DNA of 64,000 nt from Raillietiella orientalis. Its lineage: Eukaryota. Location of the stretch: assembly GCA_036172245.1 (NCBI GenBank), contig JAYWIR010000029.1, positions 1,302,001 through 1,366,000 on the forward strand, given 5' to 3'. Below are positions 26,540-38,599 of the stretch, one piece after another. Under the pieces are notes generated by a model. The model did not search any database, had not been told where the DNA came from, and saw only the letters and a list, made by a program, of their open reading frames with translations. Made by a program: the position numbers and the translations under genes. Numbering within the stretch: position 1 is the stretch's first letter; every line of letters starts with the position of its first letter.

Positions 26540-28150
26540 TATTGGAGCAAATACAAACGGCACCTGTGTGAGTTTGCTCTGTGCTTGGTAGAAGTGGAAA
26601 CTCGGGAAATTCAAGGGTGAATGGTAAAAGGTCGGGAGTTTTCCGGATGGAAATAACCTGTGCACAAAAGGACACTGTACGATGGCATTGAGAAAGCAGG
26701 TCCGCTGCGATCTTTCCGTAATGCTCATGACAGCCTCTCAGTCTGATTCTGAAGAATCCATCGATATGAGGGCACCACCCAAAGATGGATGAGTTGAGAA
26801 CGTCTTTATGCGATAAGTCATAGATAATTTAAAAACGTTTCTCCTCATGTCTTCATGAAAGCTTTATCTTAGGTTCATAGCTTACTCCCGTTCTGGAATG
26901 ATTCTTAGCCGACTTGTGTGCAAGCATGCTTCCTGAAGCTTTTGCTTTTCAATCACACACTGCCATTTGATCTTAGAGTGCCTATATTGTAGGGTTCTTT
27001 TGCGGAACTTCTTCGCAATTCTGCCTTCATGAATGATAAGTAAAGGGTCCCTAGATTTCAAGGTTCCTCGAGGCAGTTCCTTAAGGACCTTTACTTCTAG
27101 CTTCGCCGATTTGAAATTTCCCTTTCTGATTTTCCGTTTCTGCCCCATCACCAATGGAAACTTGCTTTCGTATCTCCGATGAATCTCGTAAAAAGAGATT
27201 CTTCCAGTACCAACTGAAAAGTTTGGATTCTCAAAGCGCTAGGTTCCCGGACCTTTCCCATTTTTGAACGCTTGCTAAAGACAGAGCCTTCCTAAGCAGT
27301 TGAAGGTTTCTTCGAAAAATGATTGAATGATGCTTCGAAAAAAAAAAAAAAAAAAAAGCATAAATCTAGAGTTCTATGGTATACTCAGATGAAGAAGCAA
27401 CGTCGGCAAAAAACCTTCCATGCTCACTGAATCAGCAACTGATCACGGTTTCCCTGGGATGCTGCGGAAATAGTCAGAATGTTTCTTGCGGTACCAGCCA
27501 CCGGAATGTCGCGAACAGCACCTGGAATAGTCGGTGAATGTCCATTCCTTTTTCGAGGCTCTGCAATCCGAGTGATATGTTGCGACTTTGTGTTCTTTGC
27601 CGACACGATCTTCCTCTTTATCTCCGGCCACACAGGGATCAACTTTAAGGAGCAGTTGCTGACGGCGTGCAACACGAAGCTTCTTGCAAACGTGCCAGCT
27701 AAGCTGCTTACAAACCCAAGAGCTCAATAGCGAGGAACTCCCAACGCGGTGTGCGTGCTGCCTTGGCAATTACAAGCAGTACGGAGGTGGCATCACATTC
27801 ACGCATCCGACTGTACACTTTTTATCATCTCAGGATGGATGGGTCCATCGTTTTCACAAGGCAGGCTCCCGGCAATTCATGATTATTGCACAATGAATAC
27901 CAATTATTCGTCCAACGGTGATAAATCTAGATGTGCAATCGCGGGACGGCTGTTTTCTTTCCAATTTTTATACGTTGACATCATGAAATGGAATGAACTA
28001 TGGAGCTGGAATAATTCTTCCGGGAAGGGGGAGTTTCCAGAACCCTGACGTGCGGGAACCTGAACGAGTGGATCGAAGAAGCGTTCCGTGAATTCATCAG
28101 GCGGCCAGGAAGTATCTGGAGTTCCTGTTGGAATTTTGAAGCCCCCTCCC
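26540..28150 (-). pseudogene. Old LINE ORF2 relic (RT to zinc finger)
   Basis: AIAHLDLSPL, QHAHRV (for QYADD) and a terminal QCPFV occur in the expected order; weak. Confidence 0.3.
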
Positions 28151-28479
28151 ATCTACCTTGTATCCTTGATTTGCAGACTGAAAGCGGAAAACTCGAGTTC
28201 CCGTGCGTTTTCGGTGCATGTCCAGAAGTAGCCAATTATCTGGAAGCTCTCACCTATCGATCGCGAAGAAGAACATGAATTTCTAGGCGTTCCTTTTCCC
28301 TTTACCACTTATGATATCTATCGCCACAATGAAGTCTGAGGTTTTATGGAAAGCTAGTCTCCTCTAGAAGATAAGTTGTGTTTTTTTTTCCTCTTCGTGT
28401 CCACCCTACTTCCCTGCCCTCAATTTACCCACTGAGGATCTCTAGTTTTTCGTGGTCCATCAAGCATTTCCACCACAAC

Positions 28480-28790
28480 ATTCCGCTCAAGTGTGACGAG
28501 CGCGATCTCCGTGTGGTTCTGCTGGTTCTTTGTGCTGCCGTTCCAGCACGATCGCACGGATTTCCCACGCTGATCTCGTTCCTTCTGATGCATCGCATTC
28601 TGATTGCCTTGGCAGCTGCTCTGTCAGCTACTGGATCCACAAGTGCTACTTTAATATTTTCTCGAGCGTGCTCCTTCATTTCAACAGTGGAACTGCTGCA
28701 GATTCTTCCTTGTGGTGGTTCCGATGAGGAAACCGACTACTCTTGGACTACTCTTGGACTGCCTGGATTTTGGACAGCTGCGTCTCACCT
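28480..28790 (+). pseudogene. APE endonuclease relic
   Basis: LRVVLLVLCA, ILIA, ADSSLW, ETDYSW, LDS in APE order. Confidence 0.3.
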
Positions 28791-30319
28791 GCCTGGACAC
28801 ACGCACACACAGAAAAAAGAAGTCTCGATCGGGAACCTTTTCTTCATAAAGGCCCCCAAAATGAGGGGTGAGCCAAGGATGACCCAGGAGGCGGTATCCG
28901 ACGCAACATCGATGGATGCATGGCTCATCTTATCTTTTGCAGGCAGAAATGATTGCATTCTGGAGAAGAGGAAGAGTTGGGAGTGCAGAAGGGCGCCACA
29001 AAGAGGGACGGCGTTCCTCTTAAGCGGCTCGAAGATCCGAGAAGCTCGAACAAGAGCGAAGAGGTTCATCTTGAGAGCGTTCTGTTGTCAGGGCATTGCT
29101 CAAGCTTCGTAGCTGCAAGTGCGGGCAGAGGTTGAATCGACAAAGTCGGGGACCGGGTAGCGAAAGATAGCAGGGTCTCGAGTGACCGGAGGGCAAGCAT
29201 CGCAAACGAGGAAATCTCATCAGCCTCAATCTGAGGAGGAGGTAGCTATAGGATCCCAGAAAGATGAGCTCTAGGTCATCATGAGGAAACGTTCCCGGGA
29301 CCGTGTAGCAGACCACCCACCTTTTTTCCTTTGTCGAGGACCCTGGGGCTTTCGACAGGCGAGACAATGGCACGCGGTCGCATCCTCCAGCGAGGTGTGG
29401 GTTTCACTCAGCTGGCTCAGGGGAAGATGATGATGTGAACAAGAGTCATCTGAGGGCTCCTGCAAGAAGGAGGCCTCGATGCCAATGCCCCGAGAGAGGA
29501 ACAAAAACTGGCGTCCTCCTTTCCCTTCCGAAGAAGCGGGGGAACGGTCAGGGGAGCCTCTTCGAAGCTGGAACAGGAAGAATAGAATCCGGGATCGGAG
29601 GAATTGTCTGGAGAGACCTGGAGGTCTCTAGCATCCCAGAGGATCCTCCCGCACAAGGCTGCCCTTGGACGGAACAGGACTAGAGACTCGAACTCTAAGA
29701 CTTACTCGGGAAACGAGGGCCCTCTCCCAGGACTGATGCGTGTTTGATGTCTGCGTGAGTCAAATCCCTGCTGCTGACGGAGGCTTCCAGGGTGCTCTGA
29801 AGTCGGAAGGGGGTCCATGAGGTTGCCATGTAGCAGTCACGAGCCCTTGGCCCCTTACAAGTGAGAAGGCAGGAAGCTCTCCTAATGCATCACACGGAGA
29901 GGAGCCAAGCTCACTGGTCAAACCCATCAGGCTCCAGGGAACCCGCGCCACCCGTCCCCATCCGCCCGCCGCTTCCTAAGGGACTCTTCTGGAAGAGCAT
30001 GCGGGTTTTCTGGAAGGTTTCAGAAGACTACCCTCCGGTAAGGTGTGAGAATTCCTGTGTCGAAAATCCCATTTGGGAAATGGAGAAGGAGAAGTGAGAA
30101 GAAGAGCCCGACGAAGGAGGATCTGAAGCATGCGCTCCTGCTTCTGTCTCTCCCCTCCTTCCCAGATGCGCGTGAGCGCTCAGCTATGCGTTTGGGGTGA
30201 AAAGACGCTTGCCGACTTGCCTTCCTGCCGTGAGGGGAAGAGCGTGGAGGAAGCAAGGAGGCGGGTTGAGGGCGGCTAAGAATAAGGAGGAGTGGATGAA
30301 GAGGGAAGCTGGACCGGAA

Positions 30320-30800
30320 GCACCACCACCGTTGCAGTCTCTGTAGAAGTAGCCCGTCCTGAATATCATCCAGGAAAGGCCCGGGTCTTTCCTTGGCGCT
30401 TCGTATGCCATGGTTTCCGAAGCGCCAAGGGATAATCCGCCATCCGGATCTGCCGTCTCGCATGCGGAGGGTTGGGGACCCGACAGAGGTCCACCGAGGT
30501 GGAACGGTAAGGTCGCAGCCGCTTCTTCTCTTGGCAGAGACAAAAGGCCGTTAGAGTCAGGGGTCGGAGGACAGCGAAAAGTTCCTTCTTGTCCCGAAAA
30601 AGTTCTTGAGACTCCTTTTGAGAGAGGGATTAACAAGACGCTCGCTGCACTATTGTTCGATTCCCCTCGCACGGAGCTCTTCCCCGAGGAGCTGCAGGTC
30701 CCTGTTCCCTCCTCGAGGGCGCGTGCGGACTGGCATGCGCCCCCGGAAGGCGTGGCGGCTGGGCATACGAAATCTGCCTCTCAGGATGGTCGCTTCCGGC
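30320..30800 (-). pseudogene. LINE ORF1 (gag-like) relic with CCHC knuckle
   Basis: ORF 30184..30672: DPDGGLSLG....AYEAPRKDPGLSWMIFRTGYFYRDC, matching the IP..L.LG..Y..Q..CX2CX4HX4C pattern of Tx1-type ORF1. Confidence 0.5.
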
Positions 30801-31326
30801 CGCGGTCCACCCGTCCTCTGCCACGTTCCTCGTCCAGCGGGAGGTGTCGGGGCACAGCTGAGAGGGTCATCGACCATCCTCGTCTGCGAAGTCCGCCGAG
30901 GAAGTAGAAGAGAGGGATCAGCCCAGCGATAGGAGGAGAAAGTCCGAAGGAGCCTCGGCTCTTGTTCAGACCCCCCTCTACCCCCCAATCAGGTTTTCTC
31001 CACCTCGAACACTGGAGAAGTTGGCGTACCGATCTCTGGGGACTTGCTCGTTCTTTGGAAGCAAGCGGATCTTGGTCACGCGTTTCCTCAGGAACGCTCC
31101 AAGGATCGCAGCCTTTGACTCGCTCTACATGCTGGACCACTGTGACTCCAGAGGGAGAGGGAAGGACTCGCGAGTTTGTGGAGGAACGGGAAGGGACCGT
31201 CTCCAAGCGGTGGTGGTGGCTTGCGCAGTAGCACCGAGGACCAGTTGGCGCTCGCGACCCTCCCTCCGGGGGGGAGTAGATGTCAACAGTAGTGCCCACC
31301 GATCGCACATTTTTGGGATCCTCCGC

Positions 31327-31545
31327 CGGGGAAGAAGCGAACCAAAGACCAGAGGAGGATTCCAGGGGAACGGGGAGGAAAGGAAGGAACATCCTTGAAG
31401 ACATCAGGCATGCCAGAGACTTGCAGCAGGTGTCGCCGCTCGCAGTGGTTTGGCGCAGGCTTGACCGGAGGGTTGGAGGGAGCAGCCCGAGTCGAGAACG
31501 CGCGTGCATTGGAGGACTGCATATTACCCGAAAAAGACCCTCCGG
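31327..31545. repeat. ~200-bp dispersed repeat, copy 2 (pair at 8693-8910)
   Basis: Direct nucleotide match to copy 1, same orientation. Confidence 0.95.
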
Positions 31546-31889
31546 GTGTGCTGTTCAGCGCACTACTGGCGCTCGGAAACCGCGAGCTTCGTCGAACTAG
31601 ACTGCTGCAGCACCAAAAAGGGAGTAGGAATAGGGTTGGGTTCGGAAAAGAGGAGTGGGGGAAAGGAGGGAGGAAGGGATCTTCTTGGCTCTGTGTAACA
31701 GCCAGGCGCCGTGCCGCTACCTCCAAAGCAGTGTCGACTTGACTGCTGCCTTGCGGAGCTCCGGATGAATTACATCGGCCTCTCGCATAGGAAGGGGTAG
31801 GGCGACTTCTCTCAGACCGAGAGCATCCGCCCGGCGCCCCAGCCTTCTTCACTTGGTGACGACGGCGGCGCGCTGTCGCTCCGCTCTGG

Positions 31890-33230
31890 CTGTGCTGCTT
31901 CCCCGGGATCCCCGGGGCATTCGCTCTCGGCTGGTGGAGCCAGGAGGCGCGACGTCTGTGTCCCGAAGCGCTGGCAGTGGTTCTTCTCCTCCTCTGGAAT
32001 TCGACCGTGGCTCCTGACGCTGCACAGAGGTTTCTTGTCACCGGTCACTGCAGCTGCTGTTGGCAAAGACCAGCACGATCACCCGACAATCTGCTGTCGC
32101 GGTTCCCGAGCGATTCCTCCTCCTGTCGAAGAGCGAAGGCAAGGCGTCCTGATTCTCCTCGTCTTTCTGGAGAAGCTGCGACCGAGACCTTTCGGCAGCT
32201 TTCCTCGCCTTCCTGGAACACCCGCGCTGGACCACCACGCCGTTTGGGAAGGGGCCGCCGACACTTCTTGCCGGAACGGACCGCGGTATGGAATGCATTC
32301 GCGGCTCCCATCATCTGCCCCCTACTTTTTTTTGCCCCGTCCCCCCCCCCCCCTCCCCAGTTGGAGAAGCAAACCAAGGACATCTCCGTATCGCCCTGTA
32401 TGGCAACGGGAGGCCCCGAGTGAAGCTGCAGGACATATGCGCTCCGCGTCGGGACGGCGGTCTCGGCCTCCTGACGATGGAGCGCTTGGAAATCCAGCTG
32501 CGATGGCGCACCATGGCCATCACAGCAAAGTTGTGGAGCACCCCTTGGTGGGTTCCGGCTCGCCTCCTATCTAACCGTGTATCCAGGATGCAAGGACTCG
32601 CGTCTCATCTTCTGTGCCCCAGCCGGGAGATCAGAAGATGCTACTTTCTCCTTGGACGCATGGCCACCCTGGCAAAGGAGAACGGCTGGATGGTATGCAG
32701 CCCCGCCAACTCCTTCGCATGACTGGAGGAATTTGTAGGCACGTGGGCGAAGATAAACCATCAGAGAAGTAACAGCACTGGAGATTGCTCAGCCGCAGCC
32801 CTGGAAGCACTTTGCTGCATCCGTGGGATTGTGGCGGCTTGGAGTGAAGCCGAAGATGAAGACGCCAACGAGAGGGACGTCATCCCGTATGCTGTTCGCT
32901 TCCTGAGGAGAGCTACCCGATGGCCCCAGCTGGGTGGACTAAAGAAGGACCTCGGGGGCATCCTGCAAAGGATGGACCCTCCTCCCAGTGGTCAGTGATC
33001 CCTTCCCCACCCTCCAAATTCTTTATTTTTTTTCCTTTTGTTGTTTTATTTTTCTTTTTGTTTTTTTCCCCGATCCCCTTCCACTGCCGAGGAGAGTCCC
33101 GCTGGTCTGAGTCCCGGCGTCCCAGCAGGTCCTGCAAAATTTTAGCCGCTAGTGGGGCCTTGTACTACGTTTTTGTACTGGAGAGTTTCAATAAATGTCC
33201 CGGCGTATCCGGGTGGCAACGCCGACACGG
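31890..33230 (+). mobile_element. L1/Tx1-like family A, truncated and internally deleted copy
   Basis: ERTAVWNAF, RVKLQDICAPRRDGGLGLLTMERL, AKLWSTPW; C-terminus, T-rich UTR, AATAAA at ~33190. Confidence 0.85.
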
Positions 33231-33979
33231 TCAGCGCCTTCCATCTTCAGCAAGCCGCTCCGTGGAGCGGAAGGTAGAGAGAGGGCGAGCCCTCCCGACT
33301 CTCCCTGCTGTTCCCGAAGGTTTTTCCCTCGCGAACGCCATTCCCACTCGGATGGAAAAATTCTCGAGAGTTTCAGCCGCCCTTCCAGGACGCCGGAATC
33401 TTCAATTCCCTCTCAAGGATGCCTACAATACGATCTCCTAGAGGAAGTCGCAACGGGATGATGACGCGTGTTACATAACGTCCCAGGTGCAATGAATGAA
33501 GCGTATTCAATTAAACGGACCAGCTGATGTAATACACAAAGTACAATACTAATCATCTTCCATGAAATGTGTATACAAAATTTTATGCACCACGATTAAA
33601 TCCCTCAAAGCAATAGGGGAGAGGAAAGGAAGAGAACAGTCAGAAGAATATGGCCGGCCACCACATGCATCGAAGAAGGTGAAGTCTTGCTCCGTGGCGG
33701 CTAAAGGGAAGAGCACCAGGATTTTCTCCAGGTCCGACAAGCGGTGGGGTGATTTCACTTGTCGACAGATCTTTACAATTTCTACTCATTCATGCATTCT
33801 TATTAAGACACTTGATCCAAAATTCCGCTAAGTCCTGAGGGATGGAAGCCAATTAATTCGCTTGGATAAGGTCCGCGATCTTCAAGATGTAACGGTACGT
33901 CCAGAAGGGTATCTTGCCGCAGTTCCTTATCCCTATTTCCTTCTTGAATAGTCCTTGCACGATGTTCATGGCAGGCGCT

Positions 33980-34260
33980 CTCGCTCCAGTTTTCCTCATC
34001 TTTGCGCTTTTTACCATGGTGCTCGTGATGTGAAGAGGACGATGGTGGTGCGAACCATGGAATTGTATCGGGAGGCGTTCCGGTCCCCTTCAAACATTCT
34101 CGCCAAAATCTCCAGCATCGTGTGAGTCTGCAAGTCAGTCACCGCCTTCAGCATCGTCCAATCCTGACAAAGCGTGGGGAAGGTGAGAACGTGGAGTTAA
34201 TTTTCTCTGTCTCCGCATGCTTTGCATTTCTCACCTTGACTGCCGTCTGTCCAATGTGCC
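33980..34260 (-). mobile_element. Non-LTR ORF2 C-terminal zinc finger fragment (family C)
   Basis: CKACGDREN*LHVLT...W, then IPWFAPPS. Confidence 0.55.
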
Positions 34261-34329
34261 AATCTGCTTCCACTCCAAATGCTTCCATGATAAAACATCA
34301 GGAGATCATCTTGAGTGTCGGGCGGTTTT

Positions 34330-35160
34330 TCATCCTAATTTGCCGGGGCATTTATCATAAGAAACTATAATAAAGTCTATATTACAGATTCGTGGTAAGA
34401 CATTTGGTTCTACCACGCGCGAAGGACTTGTCAAAAGTCGGTACCCAGACCGGTGAGGACCGTTCCATCGGCGAAGCGTGAAGGAAAACCACAAAAAAAC
34501 AAACAAAAAAAGAAAATATGGGGAAGGGGGAAAGGGAAGTTTCTTAGGGAGGAGAGGGGAGGGGAGGGATCATTGTTAGCCCGGAGACATCCTTGCATCC
34601 TGTTCAGGATGCTGACAAGTGCTGTTTTGGCATTGTCCAGGTGGGGCTATCTCAACGCGGTCCTTAATAAGATCTTCGTCCAGTGGATGGCGTCCCTGCC
34701 ATTTTGCCCTCTCCTTGTCGCGTTCCAGCATGCCGCGATTCCGCGAGTGCAGCAGAGAACTGCTAGGGACGCGGCTGGCGGAAGATCGGTACGCCGAGGA
34801 GGCGTCGGAAAATGCCTCCTGGTTCGCCCTCCGGTTTTCCCAGGATCGTCGAGAGACGATTCCAAAGGGGTCGAAGGGCAGAACAGTCTAACAGTCCACC
34901 AATAAGTGCTGGAAGGTCTCCTTCTCGCCGCACTTTGCTCAATGGGCATCGACGCTTCCCCGTGTCCAATGAGAGAGACGCGCTCTGCATGAGATTCCCC
35001 AATGCAGCAACAGCAATGCCACCTCGGGGTCCTAGCGTCCGCTAGCTGCCGAGTTGTCCACGCGCGTAAAAGTTTTTTTCTGCCTTGAGTGTTGGGTGGT
35101 AGGTCGCTTCGCCACATGGTCTCTCTAACCTCTGGCAGGCTCACGTGGTAGCAGTCGCAG
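34330..35160 (-). mobile_element. L1/Tx1-like family A, 3' fragment
   Basis: GRKKLLRAWTTRQLADA and LLDCSALRPLWNRL are collinear with 51200-51820. The 3' UTR carries a hairpin at 34391-34417. Confidence 0.85.
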
Positions 35161-35479
35161 CGACTGGCGGGGATGGCGAGGGCGTCGACCTGTTGTCTTC
35201 CGGTGTAAAGAAGACTTTTAAAAGTTTTCCTCGTTCACCCGATGCCACTCGTTTTTCTGGTGTATCCTCGCGTGTCTGGTGAGTGAATCTTCATGTCAGA
35301 TTCTGGGAGCACTGGAAAGTCCGGTTGCCACTGCTGGCGAAGTGTCCACAGTCCTGTATTCGCATTCTTGACCTGCAATAAATCCATAGTTGCGTCGTCC
35401 GCAGAACGGGGATGAAGCAGGAATCACAAAGGTCAACTCTTCCTTCCTTCCTTCCAGGAAGAGCATCGGCATAGCTTGT

Positions 35480-35780
35480 CTTGTGGAGACGGACTCGGGA
35501 TGTGTGGTCTTGACGAGCTTCGTGACCCAGAAAGCGCGCTCGTGTTTTTTCCGTCCGTGATGAACTTGATGGCCGCGGATGCCCAAAAGAGCTACACATG
35601 GGGAAAAACTTTCCTGACGCAGCTCCCGGTGAGCAAAAATTGCCTTCGCTCACTTGAGAGACATCAATCAGACTCCCTCTTTTAGCGCTGCCACACCCTT
35701 GGTCACAGAGGTACCACTTTCAGGAATTCCACTCCTCTCCTCAAGAGAGGAGGTCATTCTGATGACCCTAGACCACAACT
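35480..35780 (-). pseudogene. LINE ORF1 zinc-knuckle relic
   Basis: PG...FPMCSSFGH and RFLGHE (two eroded CCHC knuckles) in ORF 35291..35653. Confidence 0.35.
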
Positions 35781-35845
35781 CGCTTCCGCGAAAAAAAAAA
35801 AAAGAGAGAGAGGGAGGCTCTTGCAAAAAAAAAAAAGCTGCTTGC

Positions 35846-36200
35846 GTTGGTGGCCGTGTGCTGCGGCCTCCGCATGTGGCACCACGCGTCACAGAAGAAG
35901 AAAGAATAAATCTTGCCCGGGGAAGAAGCGGCAACGAGATAATGGATTGCGAATCCCTCCCGCAGAGTGATGCTGGCTGGCCTTCGGATATTGGAAGCCG
36001 GAAACCCCCGGATGTCCCCGTTGATTGGCTGGGATTGGAAGGCGACCCTCCGGGGTCCCTTTCAGGAACCAAAGGAGCCCTTCGCGATCCTTTCCGCTTG
36101 TGTACCATGGAGCTGGTTGACTCCTAAGGGAGTTACCTTCACAGTGTCCCAAGCACCCCTTCGGAATCCTCCTTAGAAGAGGAAACAAGGAAGGCTTTTC
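35846..36200 (+). mobile_element. SINE-like family B, 5' part
   Basis: Head gttggtggccgtgtg (A-box-like) matches 49281. Body aligns with the reverse complement of 7100-7260, with 41047-41150, and with the reverse complement of 63040-63100. Confidence 0.55.
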
Positions 36201-36599
36201 CAGTAAACAGTGGTTCCTCCCCAACCCTCCCAAAGATGTTTATTTATTCTTGTATTTTCTTTTTCTTTTTGTTTTCCCCCATCATTCTCCGCTACCGAGG
36301 TGACCTTTGGTCTGTGCACCAGCGACCCAGGTTCATGGACAACAGGAGTGAGACAGGACTACGTGCCCTACCACAATATAAGTAGAAAAGAACTGGGCTA
36401 AAGTGAAGGACGGGCCAGCTCACCGACTCTGCGGCCTCGATTGCTCAACCTCGTGGACTTTTGTGCTGAAGCGAGCTACTGGGTATTCCGGAGGAAGACT
36501 TGCAGTAGCTCCTGGTGCTAATGAACACCCTCACCCTCTCCTTAAAGTGACAGGAGTCGTCGTTGCTGCTGCTGCACTGGTGCCTCCTGTGCAACTCGC

Positions 36600-37145
36600 C
36601 CAGGAATCATTGGACACAGGGAGGAGGGGTGGATCCAAATTGTGCAAGGTGCGGAGAGTAGGAATCCCTCCTGCACCTCCCAGTGGACTGTGTTGCCCTC
36701 CGGTCCTTTTGGGGACGGTTTACCACGATTCTTGGAACCCCCCGCGGCAACTCCAGAGACGTTTGGAAGCGTCTCTTCCTGCGCGACGCCCTCACTCCGG
36801 TCGCATCCCCAGCAGCACTTTACTGCCCACGCGGAGGGACCGTGGCTGCATGGAGCAACTCCAGAGGAGTCCAGAACGACAGGGACGCCATCTATGCTGC
36901 TGTCCTCTTCATGAGGGGGATGGCGTCAAGATGGCCCCATCTAAGAGTCTGGAAACAGGAACTTGTCGGCATCCTCACAAGGATGCAGAGGACTCCCTCC
37001 AGCACCCGGTGATCCCTCCCCTAACCCTCCCCCGTTCATTTTTTTCTGTATATATTTTTTTGTTTGATTTTTTTTTCTTTTTATTTTCTCCTCTTCCCCT
37101 GTTCCACGTTGCTGTTGGCGTTCTGTCGGTCGAGAGCAGTGCGCG
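36600..37145 (+). mobile_element. L1/Tx1-like family A, 3' fragment
   Basis: ORF 36683..37012 (DCVALRSFWGRF...RLFLRDALTP...ELVGILTRMQRT) is homologous to 51451..51822. Confidence 0.88.
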
Positions 37146-37219
37146 CTCCGCGGTCCCCCTGCCGTGAGGAACCAGAGGAGCGGATGGCTCGTCATCACCG
37201 TCCCGCGTATTCCCAGGGC

Positions 37220-38340
37220 TCTTTTGCTTTACCCCATCAGAGGATCCGTTTGTGCCTCGTGCCTTTTTTCTCCGTTGCTTTGCGGCGCTCGTCGGCGGTG
37301 CTTCTCGACGGCGCTCAAACGTCTTCCTCGAGGATCGAAACCCTCAAAAAGAAAGCCCAATGGTAGCCTTTCACTAGACGGGATGCTGCCTAGAATTTGC
37401 GCTCCCTTCCCAAGGATTTGACTCCCCCTCTGGATCACCTCAGCGAACTTCGCTTTCCCTCATTTTAAGATGTCACTGGAAGGAAGGCTTCGTCCTGAAG
37501 GCTCGCTGCTGAAGCACCATTACTGTTTCTTTTTTCCACCTCCTTGCTGGCCATCCACAGAGTCCACATCTGCTTCTTAGCCCTCCTTCACTATGAAGGA
37601 CAATTTCGCTTTTCCTCTCGTTGCAGCAGGAGAAAATTATCGAACTGAGAATTCATCTTCGTTTCATATTTGGAGAGTCTCCTGGGACTCGTGTAGCAAG
37701 AGTTGTGAGGCTGGTTGCCAAGTGACCCATAGGGCGTGAAAAACAGTAAAAATTCGAAACAGTGAAAAATCCTGTCGGGGAACGGAGCTCCCCAACAAAA
37801 GTCCGAGAAGAGGGGGCACCGACACTCAGGTCATTCATTCCAGAAGTCTGGAACGGGTGAGAAGAGATGGACCAACAAAAATAAAGGAGAATGCAGGGAG
37901 GAAGGGTATCTCTGGCACAAAGTCCCGTTCCTTCGTGAACAACCGGGAAAAGAGTCGAGAGACAGCCCGCGCCGACCACGAAGCGAAACGAATACCAGCA
38001 CGACAGGGGGAGTGACTCTTCAGGCGGAACTCCAGACTACTGTTGCGTTTCCTCGAGGAATTCGCACCGCCGAGGAACCAAACGCGTCTCTGGGTTATCT
38101 GCAAGCCATCGGGAAAGGAAGATCTCTTGGAGCACTCCGCTCCGATCTGCTTTCCTCTTGCAGCAGCAGTTCGGAACCTTCGAGGTGTGGCTCCCTCCCT
38201 CAGACTACCGGTTGCCGAAGCGAAGCCAAGTCGGCCTCCAAGTTTCACCATGGCTGAGAAAATGCAACGGGAAACCGCTCACAGATGAGGTGAGCGGACC
38301 TCCCTCCCATCTGCTGAGAGATGTTCATTTAAAATAAAGA
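37220..38340 (+). pseudogene. Non-LTR ORF2 relic (RT remnant to zinc finger, family C)
   Basis: RGSVCASCLFSPLL; VICKPSGKEDLLEH...CFP; PPSF; stop at 38288; AATAAA at ~38333. Confidence 0.45.
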
Positions 38341-38599
38341 GGCAAAGATGTACACAGCCAGCGACCGACTTCGTCAGGAACTTTGGTACAGTATGATAGT
38401 CACGAAACTCCTCCGATAACGGAGACACGTGCTGACCGGAGGCAGAACCAGAGAGAAGCGGAGAGTGAGTGACCTGACCTTCTCAATTGGGATAGTCCGT
38501 GGCATTTATTTCGAAGCAATCAAAACAATTACAGTTAGGTACAACGTCTGTCAACCTTATTAACAGGAACCACTGGGAACAGAACTGGGGAGAGGAGGG

